A stretch of 63,860 nucleotides of DNA, filler included, from Octopus bimaculoides (taxonomy: Eukaryota): NCBI RefSeq assembly GCF_001194135.2. It is 5 parts of 5 records of this genome, joined end to end, with 100 filler letters (N's around TTAATTAATTAA, not from the genome) between each part and the next. Parts side by side here need not be neighbours in the genome. Positions count along the whole stretch, not along the records: positions 22,552 to 53,145 come from NC_068998.1; 4 more parts are not named here. One strand, written 5' to 3'. Shown here piece after piece: positions 38,054-50,211 of this stretch. The notes beneath the pieces were generated by a model that did not search any database, was not told where the DNA came from, and was given only the letters and a program-made list of their open reading frames with translations. The stretch's first letter is position 1. Every line of letters starts with the position of its first letter. The position numbers and the translations under genes were made by a program.

Positions 38054-38221
38054 TTGTTGAGTAGCCATGGATGTCTGGTACAGGAAAGTGCATTTAAGAT
38101 TGATGATTTTTCAATGACCACTGTAGATGTTTTGTATTTGTTATAAACAAAATTCCATTCATCTTCGTCTCCATAACGGACACCGATGCAGTAAATTATA
38201 GAATTCAGTTCAAGTTCCAAA
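38054..38221 (-). CDS. Aminopeptidase N-like exon (LELELNSIIYCIGVRYGDEDEWNFVYNKYKTSTVVIEKSSILNALSCTRHPWLLN)
   Basis: Acceptor TTTTTCTAG, donor GTAAGT, 168 nt, phase 2 to 2; 'YC.....G...EW.F....Y.......EK...L.AL.C....W.L' motif. Confidence 0.95.
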
Positions 38222-38359
38222 CTAGAAAAATTAATAGGAACAGAAATTATATTTTACCATTTTATTTAATTTCCATTTAGTGCAATGAATTAATACATAC
38301 ACACATATACATATTCTTACATGCAGTATATAGATACATTAATATGATTATCATCATGG

Positions 38360-39060
38360 CCAGGTTCCAAACCAGGCTGCAGCAACAAATTCCACCTGCT
38401 ATAATTCTTGGTCCAATATCACTGCCTCGATGTCCTGGACACATTCCGGGCTAGTGTCTTTGATCAAATTGTCAATGTAAGTGTGACAACATTTTCCTCT
38501 TCTTACATCACCATGAAGTGGGTTCTACAAGACTAATTTGGATGCTTCCAGTTCAGGGTGGCACAGGCAGTGACCAGATTGTCACAGCCATCTTTGCCTG
38601 ATCTTCTCACTAATTTTTGGCAGGTCTTGATAAAGGCATTTGTTTGTCATATGTTGCTGCCATTTCATATTTAGATACATGCACACATCAAAAACAAAAA
38701 GTATCAAAGGTCTTTCCAGTGCCATAGGCTTGTAGCAGAATTGAAACTGAATTGCTGGATAGCTGTATGGATACTACGTTTAGATCACAGTTGTTTCACA
38801 TAATTGGCCAGTTCACTGACCAATCAGTGTCCAGCTATCATGTGATTCAGTTTTGTAGAACCTTCTAATGAGCTTTATAAAAAAGGTGGATTTTTGGCAG
38901 TAACTTCAGAATGCTGAGACGATTACTGTAATGAGTAATGACTCCTCTTTCATTCAGATCCATCTTTCATGCAGATCTAAGGTACAGATTTGCATCATGA
39001 ATTTATTGCAATCATTTTCCCAGTTGTGACAGGCTTGTGACAGTTTCATATGTATCAGCT
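38360..39060 (-). mobile_element. Degenerate RTE-clade LINE fragment
   Basis: Minus-strand pieces KWQQHMTNKCLYQDLPKISEKIRQR...SGHC and TYIDNLIKDT match the RTE C-terminal region. Confidence 0.6.
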
Positions 39061-40630
39061 ATTTTGTTGTAGGCCTCAATAGTATGTAACTAGCAGTGTG
39101 TATAAACTGTTGCTTTTATTTTTGATTGAAAGACCAACACAGAAAACACTATGTACAGTAAATAAAGCTTATGTTCGTGAGAGTTGTAAATGTTTTTTAC
39201 ATGCAGCCCTTAGGATACATTTTCATTTTTCACCAACATCATTGTGTAACCAAACAATACAACATATGAAAGGTTAATAAGTTTAGTTTCCCAGATTCTG
39301 TGGCATATATATATATATATATATATAGTCAGTTGGGGGCATAGTGTCCTCTTTAGGGGTTATAAAATCCAGAGATCAACTGGTATTATCGATGATATAT
39401 AGGGAGAATTCTCTCAATATATAGGGATAAACAGTCTAATATACAATTATTACTATAAGAAAAAGGAGAAAAAAATATTTCAGATACTTGGTGGTGCACC
39501 AGCATGACCCCAGCCACTTGGCTGAAACACATAAAATATGCACACTCATACACACACACACATACAATCAAACGTTGTTGTCATTATCACCATCACAGTT
39601 TTCTATGTCGGCATGCATTATTATAAGTTTGATCTGGCATAGTGCCACATCTGTTAGCAAGTTAGTAAATTAATTAACTAATTAATTAATTATGTTTAAT
39701 GCATTGTGCTTTGAATAATCTGCAATTTAATGTAGACATACCTAAAACTTGTAAATTATAAACATGTGTTGCTCATAATTATTCATTTTAATTACCAATG
39801 AATGCATATATATGCAAATTAAATTGGCCGTTTTAGCTGATTACTGGTCTATGATTCAAAGCTATAGTTAAATAATGAAGGCATATGTACTTCCATGAAT
39901 TTCCAGACAGATAATCACCAGAATAAGCACAATACTTTTCTGTCTACAAAGAAATATAAACGTCTGCCCGCAATATTCTGTGAGGTTTATAAGGCAGCGA
40001 GGTGGTAGAAATGTTAGCACGCCGGACGAAATGCTTAGCAGTCTGTCTTTACATTCTGAGTTCAAATTAGCCTTTCATCCTTTCGGGATTGATAAATTAA
40101 GTACCAATTACATACTGAGGTCGATCTAATCGACTGGTCCCCACTACCCCAAAATTTTGGGCCTTGTTCCTAGAGCAGAAAAGAATATTCTGTGANNNNN
40201 NNNNNNNNNNNNNNNNNNNNNNNNNNNNNNNNNNNNNNNNNNNNNNNNNNNNNNNNNNNNNNNNNNNNNNNNNNNNNNNNNNNNNNNNNNNNNNNNNNNN
40301 NNNNNNNNCAATATTCTGTGAGGTTTATAAGGCAGCGAGGTGGTAGAAATGTTAGCACGCCGGACGAAATGCTTAGCGGTATTTCGTCTGTCTTTACGTT
40401 CTGAGTTCAAATTAGCCTTTCATCCTTTCGGGATTGATAAATTAAGTACCAATTACGTACTGAGGTCAATCTAGTTGACTGGTCCCCACTACCCCAAAAT
40501 TTCGGGCCTTGTTCCTAGAGCAGAAAAGAATATTCAGTGAGGCTTATAATTTAAAAGTTGTTAAACTTCAAACTCCTACAGATATAGGTAGGTACACACA
40601 CAAATACATACATGCATGCAAGTATATTTA

Positions 40631-40849
40631 CGGAGATGTACTTGCATAGCAAGTGACTTGATCTGAGATCGTGTGTTGAAGCAAAAACAAGTGCAGTGTG
40701 GAAGGTGTTTATAAGCCATTTAAAAACACACAAAAATCGTTAGATTCACTTTGAAATTTAATTTGTCAAAATATTTTCGTCGTTTTGAAACCGCAACAAT
40801 TTTGACAAAATTCCGGGCTGCATCTGAGAAAGTAACAGTTAGTTCATGG

Positions 40850-40883
<34 letters not shown>

Positions 40884-41440
40884 TGTGTGTGTATGTGTGT
40901 ATGCATATGTATACAAGCGTATGCATGGGTGCACACCTATACGCATGTATGTACGTATGTATGTATGTACTTATGTATGTGAGTATATATATATATATAT
41001 ATTATATATATGTCCCTCTCATCACCGTCTAACGGTAAATGGATACAATGTCTTGGATACATACATGCAAATATAAACCTACCTATATATATGTACAAGC
41101 ACACACAATCATATAAACACGCATATACACTCACATATTTACGTATAATCTTAAAGTATACACTTATCAATCTACACATACATGCATGCATACATACCTA
41201 CATATATATATCATGAGCTAACTGTTACTTTCTCAGATGCAGCACAAAATTTTGTCAGTGAACAGGTCGCGGTCTCAAAGCAACAAAAATATTTTGACAA
41301 ATTAAATTTAAATGTTGAAGTGAATCTAACGGTTTTTGTGTGTTTTTAAATGGCTTATATAAACACCTTCCACACTGCAATTGTTTTCGTTCCAGCACAC
41401 GATCTCAGATCAGGTCACTTGCTATGCAAGTACATCTCCG
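40631..41440. mobile_element. MITE-like element with about 220-bp inverted arms around a microsatellite core
   Basis: 40631-40848 is the reverse complement of about 41214-41440 (termini CGGAGATGTACTTGCATAGCAAG); a partial third arm at about 17528-17660. Confidence 0.75.
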
Positions 41441-41681
41441 CAATATATATATATATATAAATGTATGTATATGCTCAAACTGAATCCTGCAAACCATGCA
41501 TGTGTAAAGAGTTCATAGGATTTATTTCTAAGTAAAAATAGCAATGAAGAGACATAGTAAATCTAACAAAGAAACATCATTGACAAGGTACTTGTTAAAT
41601 AAATAAATAAATAATTAAATAAAGAAATACATAAGCGCACAAATAAAGCGAAGACGAAACAGTTTTGGAAGAGTTATCTAC

Positions 41682-41789
41682 CCAATATTTCCTGTGTCTA
41701 CCCATTGTTGAAAATAGGAAAGAGCTGCATCTTTACATTCCTTTAGTTCATTATCACAAGCCATGGCGACGATAAGTAAGCGAAGTGAC
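41682..41789 (-). CDS. Aminopeptidase N-like exon (SLRLLIVAMACDNELKECKDAALSYFQQWVDTGNI)
   Basis: Acceptor TATTTCAG, donor GTAGAT, 108 nt, phase 2 to 2; 'AC......C...A...F..W' motif. Confidence 0.9.
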
Positions 41790-42101
41790 CTGAAATAATA
41801 TAATGGAATAGAATATAATATAGTGAATGATATGATATATAATATAATGTAATATAATATTATGTACAGGTGCAGGCGTGGCTGTGTGGTAAGAAACTTG
41901 CTTCCCAACCACATGGTTCCGGTCTCAGTCCCACTGCATGGCACTTTGGGCAGGTGTCTTCTACTTTAGCTTTGGGCTGACCAAAGCCTTGTGAGTGGAT
42001 TTGGTAGATGAAAACTGGAAGAAGCCTGTCATATATATATACAGATGTATATGTAATATGTACACATATATATACACATATATACATGCATACATATATT
42101 T

Positions 42102-42132
<31 letters not shown>

Positions 42133-42416
42133 CATTACATACATATATACATATACATACATATATACATACACAAGGGTGCCAGCTGTTACGAACAATA
42201 GAACAGCTTGCTCGTGAAATTAACGTGAAAGTGGCTGAGCACTCCACAGACACGTGTACCCTTAACGTAGTTCTCAGGGATGTTCAGTGTGACACAAAGT
42301 TTGACAAGGCTGGCCCTTTGAAATGCAAGTACTACTCATTTATGCCAGCTGAGTGGACTGGAGCAACGTGAAATAAAGTGTCTTGCTGAAGGATACGTGT
42401 ACACATATAGATATAC

Positions 42417-42452
<36 letters not shown>

Positions 42453-42466
42453 NNNNNNNNNNNNNN

Positions 42467-42507
<41 letters not shown>

Positions 42508-42702
42508 TGCAGGTGTGGCTGTGTGGTACGAAACTTGGTTCCAAAGCACATGGTCCTGGGTTCAGTCCCACTGTGTGGTAACTTGGCATGTGTCTTCTGC
42601 TATTCTTCTGCTATTCTTCTGCTATAGTCTCAGAACAACCAAAGCCTTGTAAGACGATTTGGTAAATGGAAACTGAAAGAAGCTTGTCTGCATGTGTTTG
42701 TT

Positions 42703-42744
<42 letters not shown>

Positions 42745-43021
42745 TGTGTTTGTGTTTGTCTCCTGCCATTGCTTGACAACTGGTGTTGGTATGTTTACAT
42801 CCCCTTAAATTAGCAGTTCAGAAGAAGACACCAATAGAATAAGTTCGAGGCTTAAAAAGGGAGAAAAGTGCTGATGTCAGTTCATTTGACTAAAAATTCT
42901 TCAAGGTAGTGCCCCAGCATGGCACACAGTCTAATGCCTGAAACATGTAAAAGATAAAAGACAAAAGGTGCTTTTATAGTTGGTTGTCATTGTTTAGAAA
43001 TGCAATCCATGTTATACCTAC

Positions 43022-43104
43022 TGGTTATGATTATTGTTATTGCTTTGTGTATTATTCCAGCCAAGGTCTTTGTATAAATCCTTTACAAGGTTCCGAATAA
43101 ATCT
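43022..43104 (-). CDS. Aminopeptidase N-like exon (RFIRNLVKDLYKDLGWNNTQSNNNNHN)
   Basis: Acceptor TCTTTACAG, donor GTAGGT, 83 nt, phase 0 to 2; 'LY..LGW' motif. Confidence 0.9.
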
Positions 43105-43806
43105 CTGTAAAGACAAATGACAGAAAATATAAGACTTTTTTTTTTCAGAAATTAAACATTGATAATTAAGAAAAGTTAAAATAACGATAATGATAGCTAT
43201 CATAGTATAAGCTGAACAAAATAAGCTGTATTTATTAAAACTGGAACCTGAAATCCTTGTATATGGTCTGCGTGACCATTTCTGTATATTATTTTAGATA
43301 GAACAAGTCACCAAGAGAAAGCTCTGTGATCATTCTACCAGTTACAAATAGCAGCTCAAATTGACCTCAAATCCATACCCTGGTGTCTTAAAAAATAAAT
43401 GTGATGGTTAAGGGTGGAACGCCTTTTATTGTAGGTCTATTCCCTTAGGATTCATCTATGACTAAATATTGGTTTCAAATTTTGGCACAAGGCCAGTAAT
43501 TCCGGGGGAGGGGTAAGTTGATTACATTGACCCAGAACTCAACTGGTACTTATATTATCGGCCCTGAAAGGGTGAAAGGCAAAGGTGATCTTTGTGGAAT
43601 TTGAATGCAGAATGTAACGACAGACACAACGCCACTAAGCATTTTGCCCACCGCAGCAAAAAATTCTGCCAGTTTGTCACCTTTTCTGTGATTAAACATA
43701 AACAATAGTAACAACAACAACAACATTAGCAACTGCTAAAGGACAATAAACATAATTGGCAAATGAACAAGCAAAGAAGAAAAAAAAGGAAGAAATAATA
43801 AGATAC

Positions 43807-43954
43807 CTGGAAATCACCATATCTTGGTGTTTTGTATAGCATTCTTTTCAGTAGCGATAATCCATTGCGAGCTGTTGACCACACTAAGTAAGCTTTCTCC
43901 TTTTTCAGATATTCCAGTGTACGAAGAGCTATAAGTGTATCGAGGTGTCCGGAA
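43807..43954 (-). CDS. Aminopeptidase N-like exon (SGHLDTLIALRTLEYLKKEKAYLVWSTARNGLSLLKRMLYKTPRYGDFQ)
   Basis: Acceptor TTACTTTCAG, donor GTATCT, 148 nt, phase 2 to 0; ERAP1_C-type 'AL....YL..E..Y..W' motif. Confidence 0.95.
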
Positions 43955-45994
43955 CTGAAAGTAATACAACAGAAATGAGTGAGTATTTATTAAGGCCCTG
44001 TTAATAAAACAAACCACATACTCTCTTTTACTCTTTTACTTGTTTCAGTCATTTGACTGCGGCCATGCTGGGGCACTGCCTTTAGTCGAGCAACTCGACC
44101 TCAGGACTTATTCTTTGTAAGCCTAGTACTTATGCTATTGGTCTCTTTTTGCCGAACTGCCAGGGGACGTGAGCACACCAGCATCAGTCGTCAAGCGAAG
44201 CTGGGGGGACAAACACAGACACACAAACATATACACACACATACATATATATATANNNNNNNNNNNNNNNNNNNNNNNNNNNNNNNNNNNNNNNNNNNNN
44301 NNNNNNNNNNNNNNNNNNNNNNNNNNNNNNNNNNNNNNNNNNNNNNNNNNNNNATATATATGACGGGCTTCTTTCAGTTTCCGTCTACCAAATCCACTCA
44401 CAAGGCTTTGGTCGGCCCGAGGCTATAGCAGAAGACACTTGCCCAAGGTGCCACGCAGTGGGACTGAACCCAGAACCATGTGGTTGGTAAGCAAGCTACT
44501 TACCACACAGCCACTCCTGCGCCTGAACTCAACTGGTACTTATATTATTGGCCCTGAAAGGGTGAAAGGCAAATATTATTTAGCTTAGTATATGTTAGAT
44601 GGGTTGTTGTTCTTGTTGTTTAGGTCCAGGTTGGTCCTGGTTGTGTAGACCTATGATCAAAAGCATTCCAGCCATGACCATATCATCAGGGATTTTTTTT
44701 TTATTCGAGTATTTATTACACATCTAATAGTACATCATCTAATGAATGCTTAGATATCACAAGGCTTTGGTTAAATTGGGGCAATAGTAGAAGATGCTTG
44801 CTGAAAATGCTGCGCAGTGGGATCGAATCCAAAACCACACAAGGTACACTTGTACCCGAAACTTTATTTCATCACATCAACTTAATTATTGCAATAAAAA
44901 AATCTAAGGGAAATTTGACTGCTATTTCTAGCAGACTTAGTGACTACATAGCAGCTCTCTTGAATAGTGGTGGTTGTGGTGTTGTATGCTGAAATGGAGT
45001 GGGTAGTGATATGTCAAAATTAGTTTCATATTATGAAGGACTGGGTAATAATTTAAGTCAATTTTGGTTTCACAATCCACTTTCCCTATTCTTGAGGAAT
45101 GATGGAATTAATATTGTCTGTTAAAGACAATTCATTGATCATTTCTGCAATCCATTCCAGTTGATTGGAGAAACCTAAACCAATATTCACTAACTAAAAC
45201 TAACAAATCAATACTTATTAAATCAGTTAAAATGCCTTGTCTGAAAACTCAATGCAATAGAATTTGGAGGCTGATCATTTGTTTTATAAGGCTTGTTGGA
45301 TATATGGACTCCGTGAAGGAGGTCCAGCATGCTAATCAATTGCTATAGTCTGGGAATCAACTGACGACAACCACCACCACCACCACCACCACAACCACCA
45401 CCACCACCATCACCACCACCACCACCACCACCACCACCGAACCACCACCACCACCNNNNNNNNNNNNNNNNNNNNNNNNNNNNNNNNNNNNNNNNNNNNN
45501 NNNNNNNNNNNNNNNNNNNNNNNNNNNNNNNNNNNNNNNNNNNNNNNNNNNNNNNNNNNNNNNNNNNNNNNNNNNNNNNNNNNNNNNNNNNNNNNNNNNN
45601 NNNNNNNNNNNNNNNNNNNNNNNNNNNNNNNNNNNNNNNNNNNNNNNNNNNNNNNNNNNNNNNNNNNNNACCACCACCACCACCACCACCACCACTACCA
45701 CCGTCATCATTCTTGTTGTTGTTGTCACTGCCACTGCCACTACTTCCAGCACCTCTACCACCACAATACATATATAGATACACATATATATGACAGGTTT
45801 CTCTCTCTCTCTTTCCATCTACAAATCCACTCTCAAGGTTTTGGCTGGCCCGGGGCAATAGTAGAAGACACTTGTGCAAAGTACTGTGCAGTGGGATTGA
45901 ACCCAAGACCAACATGGTTGGCGTGCAAACTTCTTAACCACACAGCTATGCCTGTATCTGAAACTTTAATTCATCACATCAACTTAGTTATTAT

Positions 45995-46282
45995 AAAGTT
46001 AAAGAAGTGATTTTAAATTCTCAATCGCAGAATAATCCTAATAATATAGCCTGAACAGGATAAACTATCCCTATTTTGCAGAGAAAAGTGTAGGTGGCTA
46101 GCTGTGGACACGAACTCATATCCCCGTGATTACATGTCACGATGCTTTGACCGATTAAGCTAAACTACCCACTACAAATTCCTCTGCAAATTAAGATATA
46201 TAAATCTCGCTTTATGATGAGAATTTAAAATCACTTCTTTAACTTTCTAAAAGACATCTCAACGCTTCTAAAAGCAAACTTC
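45995..46282 (-). mobile_element. Repeat with internal tRNA-Thr-like segment and inverted termini
   Basis: Cloverleaf-like 46093-46170 on minus strand (loop CATGTAA); 29-bp inverted repeat AAAGTTAAAGAAGTGATTTTAAATTCTCA at both ends; second copy at 51551-51814. Confidence 0.65.
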
Positions 46283-46369
46283 GTTTGTTTATTTACGTTT
46301 GTCATAATTAGAATTTAGTTATTATAATTAAAAAAAAGTGGTCCCTATATTTGAAACGAGCATACATAC

Positions 46370-46425
46370 TTTGCTAAGGCCCATGAATCCCAAAATATCT
46401 GGATACGGTTGGATATATGAATGAC
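46370..46425 (-). CDS. Aminopeptidase N-like 56-nt exon (VIHISNRIQIFWDSWALA)
   Basis: Acceptor TTATTTCCAG, donor GTATGT, phase 0 to 2; equivalent to the short 'I..NRAQ..D.FNLA' exon of M1 peptidases. Confidence 0.9.
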
Positions 46426-47361
46426 CTGGAAATAAGCAATGTCTCGATTATTTGAAAGTCAACAGATCATATGTAGCAGTTGCATGAAATAAATTATTTA
46501 AATAAAATTCAACTTTACTTTTTATTTCATTTTTCAAACATAATAATATTTTCTTTTTTACAACAGCTGCAAGAATGAAATGGAATGTTATGATGTGCAT
46601 GCCTTTTTTCAGTAGCAATTAGTGCACAATCGAAATGAAACAGCATTAACTGCGTCATAGTCTTGACTCATTAGAATATCGCTATGGTGAATTGCAGAAT
46701 AAAGAAATNNNNNNNNNNNNNNNNNNNNNNNNNNNNNNNNNNNNNNNNNNNNNNNNNNNNNNNNNNNNNNNNNNNNNNNNNNNNNNNNNNNNNNNNNNNN
46801 NNNNNNNNNNNNNNNNNNNNNNNNNNNNNNNNNNNNNNNNNNNNNNNNNNNNNNNNNNNNNNNNNNNNNNNNNNNNNNNNNNNNNNNNNNNNNNNNNNNN
46901 NNNNNNNNNNNNNNNNNNNNNNNNNNNNNNNNNNNNNNNNNNNNNNNNNNNNNNNNNNNNNNNNNNNNNNNNNNNNNNNNNNNNNNNNNNNNNNNNNNNN
47001 NNNNNNNNNNNNNNNNNNNNNNNNNNNNNNNNNNNNNNNNNNNNNNNNNNNNNNNNNNNNNNNNNNNNNNNNNNNNNNNNNNNNNNNNNNNNNNNNNNNN
47101 NNNNNNNNNNNNNNNNNNNNNNNNNNNNNNNNNNNNNNNNNNNNNNNNNNNNNNNNNNNNNNNNNNNNNNNNNNNNNNNNNNNNNNNNNNNNNNNNNNNN
47201 NNNNNNNNNNNNNNNNNNNNNNNNNNNNNNNNNNNNNNNNNNNNNNNNNNNNNNNNNNNNNNNNNNNNNNNNNNNNNNNNNNNNNNNNNNNNNNNNNNNN
47301 NNNNNNNNNNNNNNNNNNNNNNNNNNNNNNNNNNNNNNNNNNNNNNNNNNNNNNNNNNNNN

Positions 47362-47396
<35 letters not shown>

Positions 47397-47452
47397 TAAA
47401 AGTGAAATACTTTACATTTTCATATAGAGAAGAGTTTAAAAATTCAACATAC

Positions 47453-47598
47453 TGTGTGGTCTCTCTTCAGTTGCTCGATAATCGCCATCCAATTATCATT
47501 GTCATAGGTCACTCGATAATAATTTATAAGCCTTATATTACCAATAACCCAGTCTGTTGAATTATGTTTCCTAGGTAGCACAGATGAGGAAATTTGGA
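47453..47598 (-). CDS. Aminopeptidase N-like exon (QISSSVLPRKHNSTDWVIGNIRLINYYRVTYDNDNWMAIIEQLKRDHT)
   Basis: Acceptor CATCTTGCAG, donor GTATGT, 146 nt, phase 1 to 0; matches APN WxxxN...YYRVxYD..NW..I..QL motif. Confidence 0.95.
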
Positions 47599-49178
47599 CT
47601 GCAAGATGAAAATAATTGAATACTTCAACAATTAACATCTGTTGACCCCTATACAAATACAAACCACATTGTCTCACATTATTCATATATATCTTGACTC
47701 ATTTCTGGAATGTTTTTGACTATTGTCCCAATAAATCAGTGATACATAAAAGGCACCCATGCCAGTGACATGTAATAGGCACCTCTGCTGGTGACACGTA
47801 AAAGGCATTTGTGCCAGTGATACATAAAAGGCACACACTACACTCTGTGGATTGGTTGACATTAGGAAGGGTATCCAGTCATAGAAACTAAGCCAAAACA
47901 GACTGGAGCCTGCTGTAGCTGACTGGTTTACCAAATCCCATCAAACTGTCTAACCTAAGCCAGCATGGAAAACAAATCCTAAATGATGATGATGAAGATG
48001 ATGAAGATGATGATGATGAAAAACAACAGCTCCTCCTACATCACTGCCCTATTTTGGTGTATTGTAGATATGCATTTTCATTGTCTTTCTTAAGATTTCT
48101 GCTTTTTCAAATTGATTGCATAATTCTCCTATATAAGCCAAACACCAAATACATGCTTCTCTCACCACCCTCACAATTTCTTACTTCTCCAAACTGAGTA
48201 TCAAATACGTAGAATGCAACTATTTTTCGGCAGTTCATCGTTATATGCTTCTATTAACTGTCAATAATTCATTATCAAAATTTAGCCTATATAACTTTTA
48301 CCTCATTTACCCTGATTCCCATTTTAGGAAGGCATGAAACGGTTGCTGCAACACCATTTCTCAAGAAAATAAATAAAAAGAAACCCATAAAACTAATATA
48401 ATTTTGTGTAGTAACTTGCCTGATAAATTACCATCATCATCATCAAAATTTAACGTCCATTTTCCATGCTGGCATGAGTTAGACAGGAACTGGCAAGGCC
48501 AAGGGCTGCATAAAGTTCCATAGTCTGTTTTGGCTTGGTTTCTATGGCTGGATATGCCCTTCCTAACACCAATCACTCCACAAAGTGTTCTGGGTGCTTT
48601 TTACGTGGTACCATCACTGGTGCTTTTTTACATGACACCATCACTAGTGCTTTTCATGTGGCACCAGCACCCACACCAAAGTTTTCTATGTGGCACCCTG
48701 GTTTTAGGATCTCAATTCTGTTGTGGTGGGCAGGTCTTATCAAGTACAGCAAAGTGTCACATATCTCAGTTCTTTTTCATCTCCTTCATAAGGTTCAGCA
48801 TTTTGAGATCAGCCTTCAATATTCATTCCATGTCTCCTTGGGTCTCCCTCTTCCACAACTTCCCTCCACTTTAAGTGATCAGCATTTCTTTATTCAACTG
48901 TCCTCATCCATCCATCTAACATGACCAAACCAGCACAATCTCCTTTCTTGCACACTGCATCTAATTCCTCTTCTTCTCTCTTAATACTCCAATACTCTGT
49001 GGCACATGCACACTGACATTGCACATCCATACTAGCTTTGTTCTTCTCCAGCCTTCGCATGTCTTCCACAGTCAGGGCCTACATCTCAGTTTGGAGTGGA
49101 AATTAAAACAAAAAGAGTTCCCAAAATACCTCCAAAACAAAAAAACAAACAAACAAAAAAAAAGGACAAAATTCGTAC

Positions 49179-49279
49179 CTTCTGATTCGTTTTTGTGAAT
49201 CCAATGTATATCTTTGTTAGTCTTATTGAAATTCATCTCTCTACTGGTAGTAAATGTAAATGGAATCTCCCACTTGTAA
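49179..49279 (-). CDS. M1 aminopeptidase N-like gene, first exon visible in window (YKWEIPFTFTTSREMNFNKTNKDIHWIHKNESE)
   Basis: Acceptor TTTGCTATAG, donor GTACGA, 101 nt, phase 2 to 1; YxWxIPxT motif typical of aminopeptidase N domain III. Confidence 0.9.
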
Positions 49280-49582
49280 CTATAGCAAAGGAAAATAAAT
49301 TTAGAGAGAGTCTGAAAGTGGAATAAATTAGTTTACTTTGAGAAGTCTGAAATTATGGGCAGGATTTTTTCTCAGAGAGAAATATAAGAAATTTTCTTCT
49401 TCATTTGACCAATTTGTTCTACTTTGATTTCACTCTTTGCTGACACGAATCATCATCAGTTCCTTTAGATCCTATTGGTTACTTAAATATTTAGAAAAGG
49501 TTAATTGACACATGCATAAAACATGCTTGTAAACATGATGTATGTAAGTATACATTACATACTTATGTGTTATATTCATACA

Positions 49583-49624
<42 letters not shown>

Positions 49625-50141
49625 TATAAAACACAATTAAGTCACATGATAAATGTTTGTGGGATTTGCTTCCATCATGGAACTGAAGCAAGCTGTTGTA
49701 TAGTGCCTGTGCATAAAGAAATCTGGGTAGATATTCCAACCAAGCGATATAAGAAGTCAGCCAATGAAATCACTTCCCACCCTTCTCTGCATAAATCAAT
49801 TGTTACACACAGACAAAACGATCTGTTAATTCATCACTGAACATTCACTGCAAGTAATTACTTGGCAGTAAAAATTTGTAATTTTACCATCTGATGAGTT
49901 CATTACAAGGTAATTACATAGTGAGCCAATACATCATTCATAAATCTATCATTATGAATGACCTGTAGGGACACCGTATTTCGTTATGCAATCGTAATAC
50001 ACTACAAAGTATAGTAAACGTTTTTATAAGTCAATACTGTGTTCTACTGTTTTAGCAGTACTTTTTACACCATCTAGTATATCCAACAACATTACACTGC
50101 TATATTTAGTGGCTATTTAAACAATGTGTTTATGGATGGTT

Positions 50142-50211
50142 AATGGGTTGGATGGGTGCTGATGAAGGAAGGAAAACTCCTGAAATATCGTATATATACT
50201 CAAGACCCATT
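50142..50211 (+). ncRNA. Type I hammerhead ribozyme motif with extended stem I
   Basis: AATGGGT-TGGA-TGGGTG CTGATGA AGGA-AGGAAAAC-TCCT GAAA TAT-CGT-ATA TA TACTCA-AG-ACCCATT: intact core, all three stems, AUA site. Confidence 0.75.

Noticed and set aside
39661-39695. TTAATTAA-rich stretch
   Set aside because: Embedded in real sequence and imperfect; not the assembly linker.
46093-46170. Functional tRNA-Thr gene
   Set aside because: Anticodon loop lacks U33, T loop and acceptor stem are degenerate, and the segment is part of a dispersed repeat.
49415-49465. Minus-strand CTGATGA...GAAA motif
   Set aside because: Stem III and stem I do not pair convincingly.
49905-49965. Minus-strand CAG|GTCATTCATA resembling the start of the 56-nt exon
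   Set aside because: Similarity ends after 10 nt and there is no matching donor; treated as chance.
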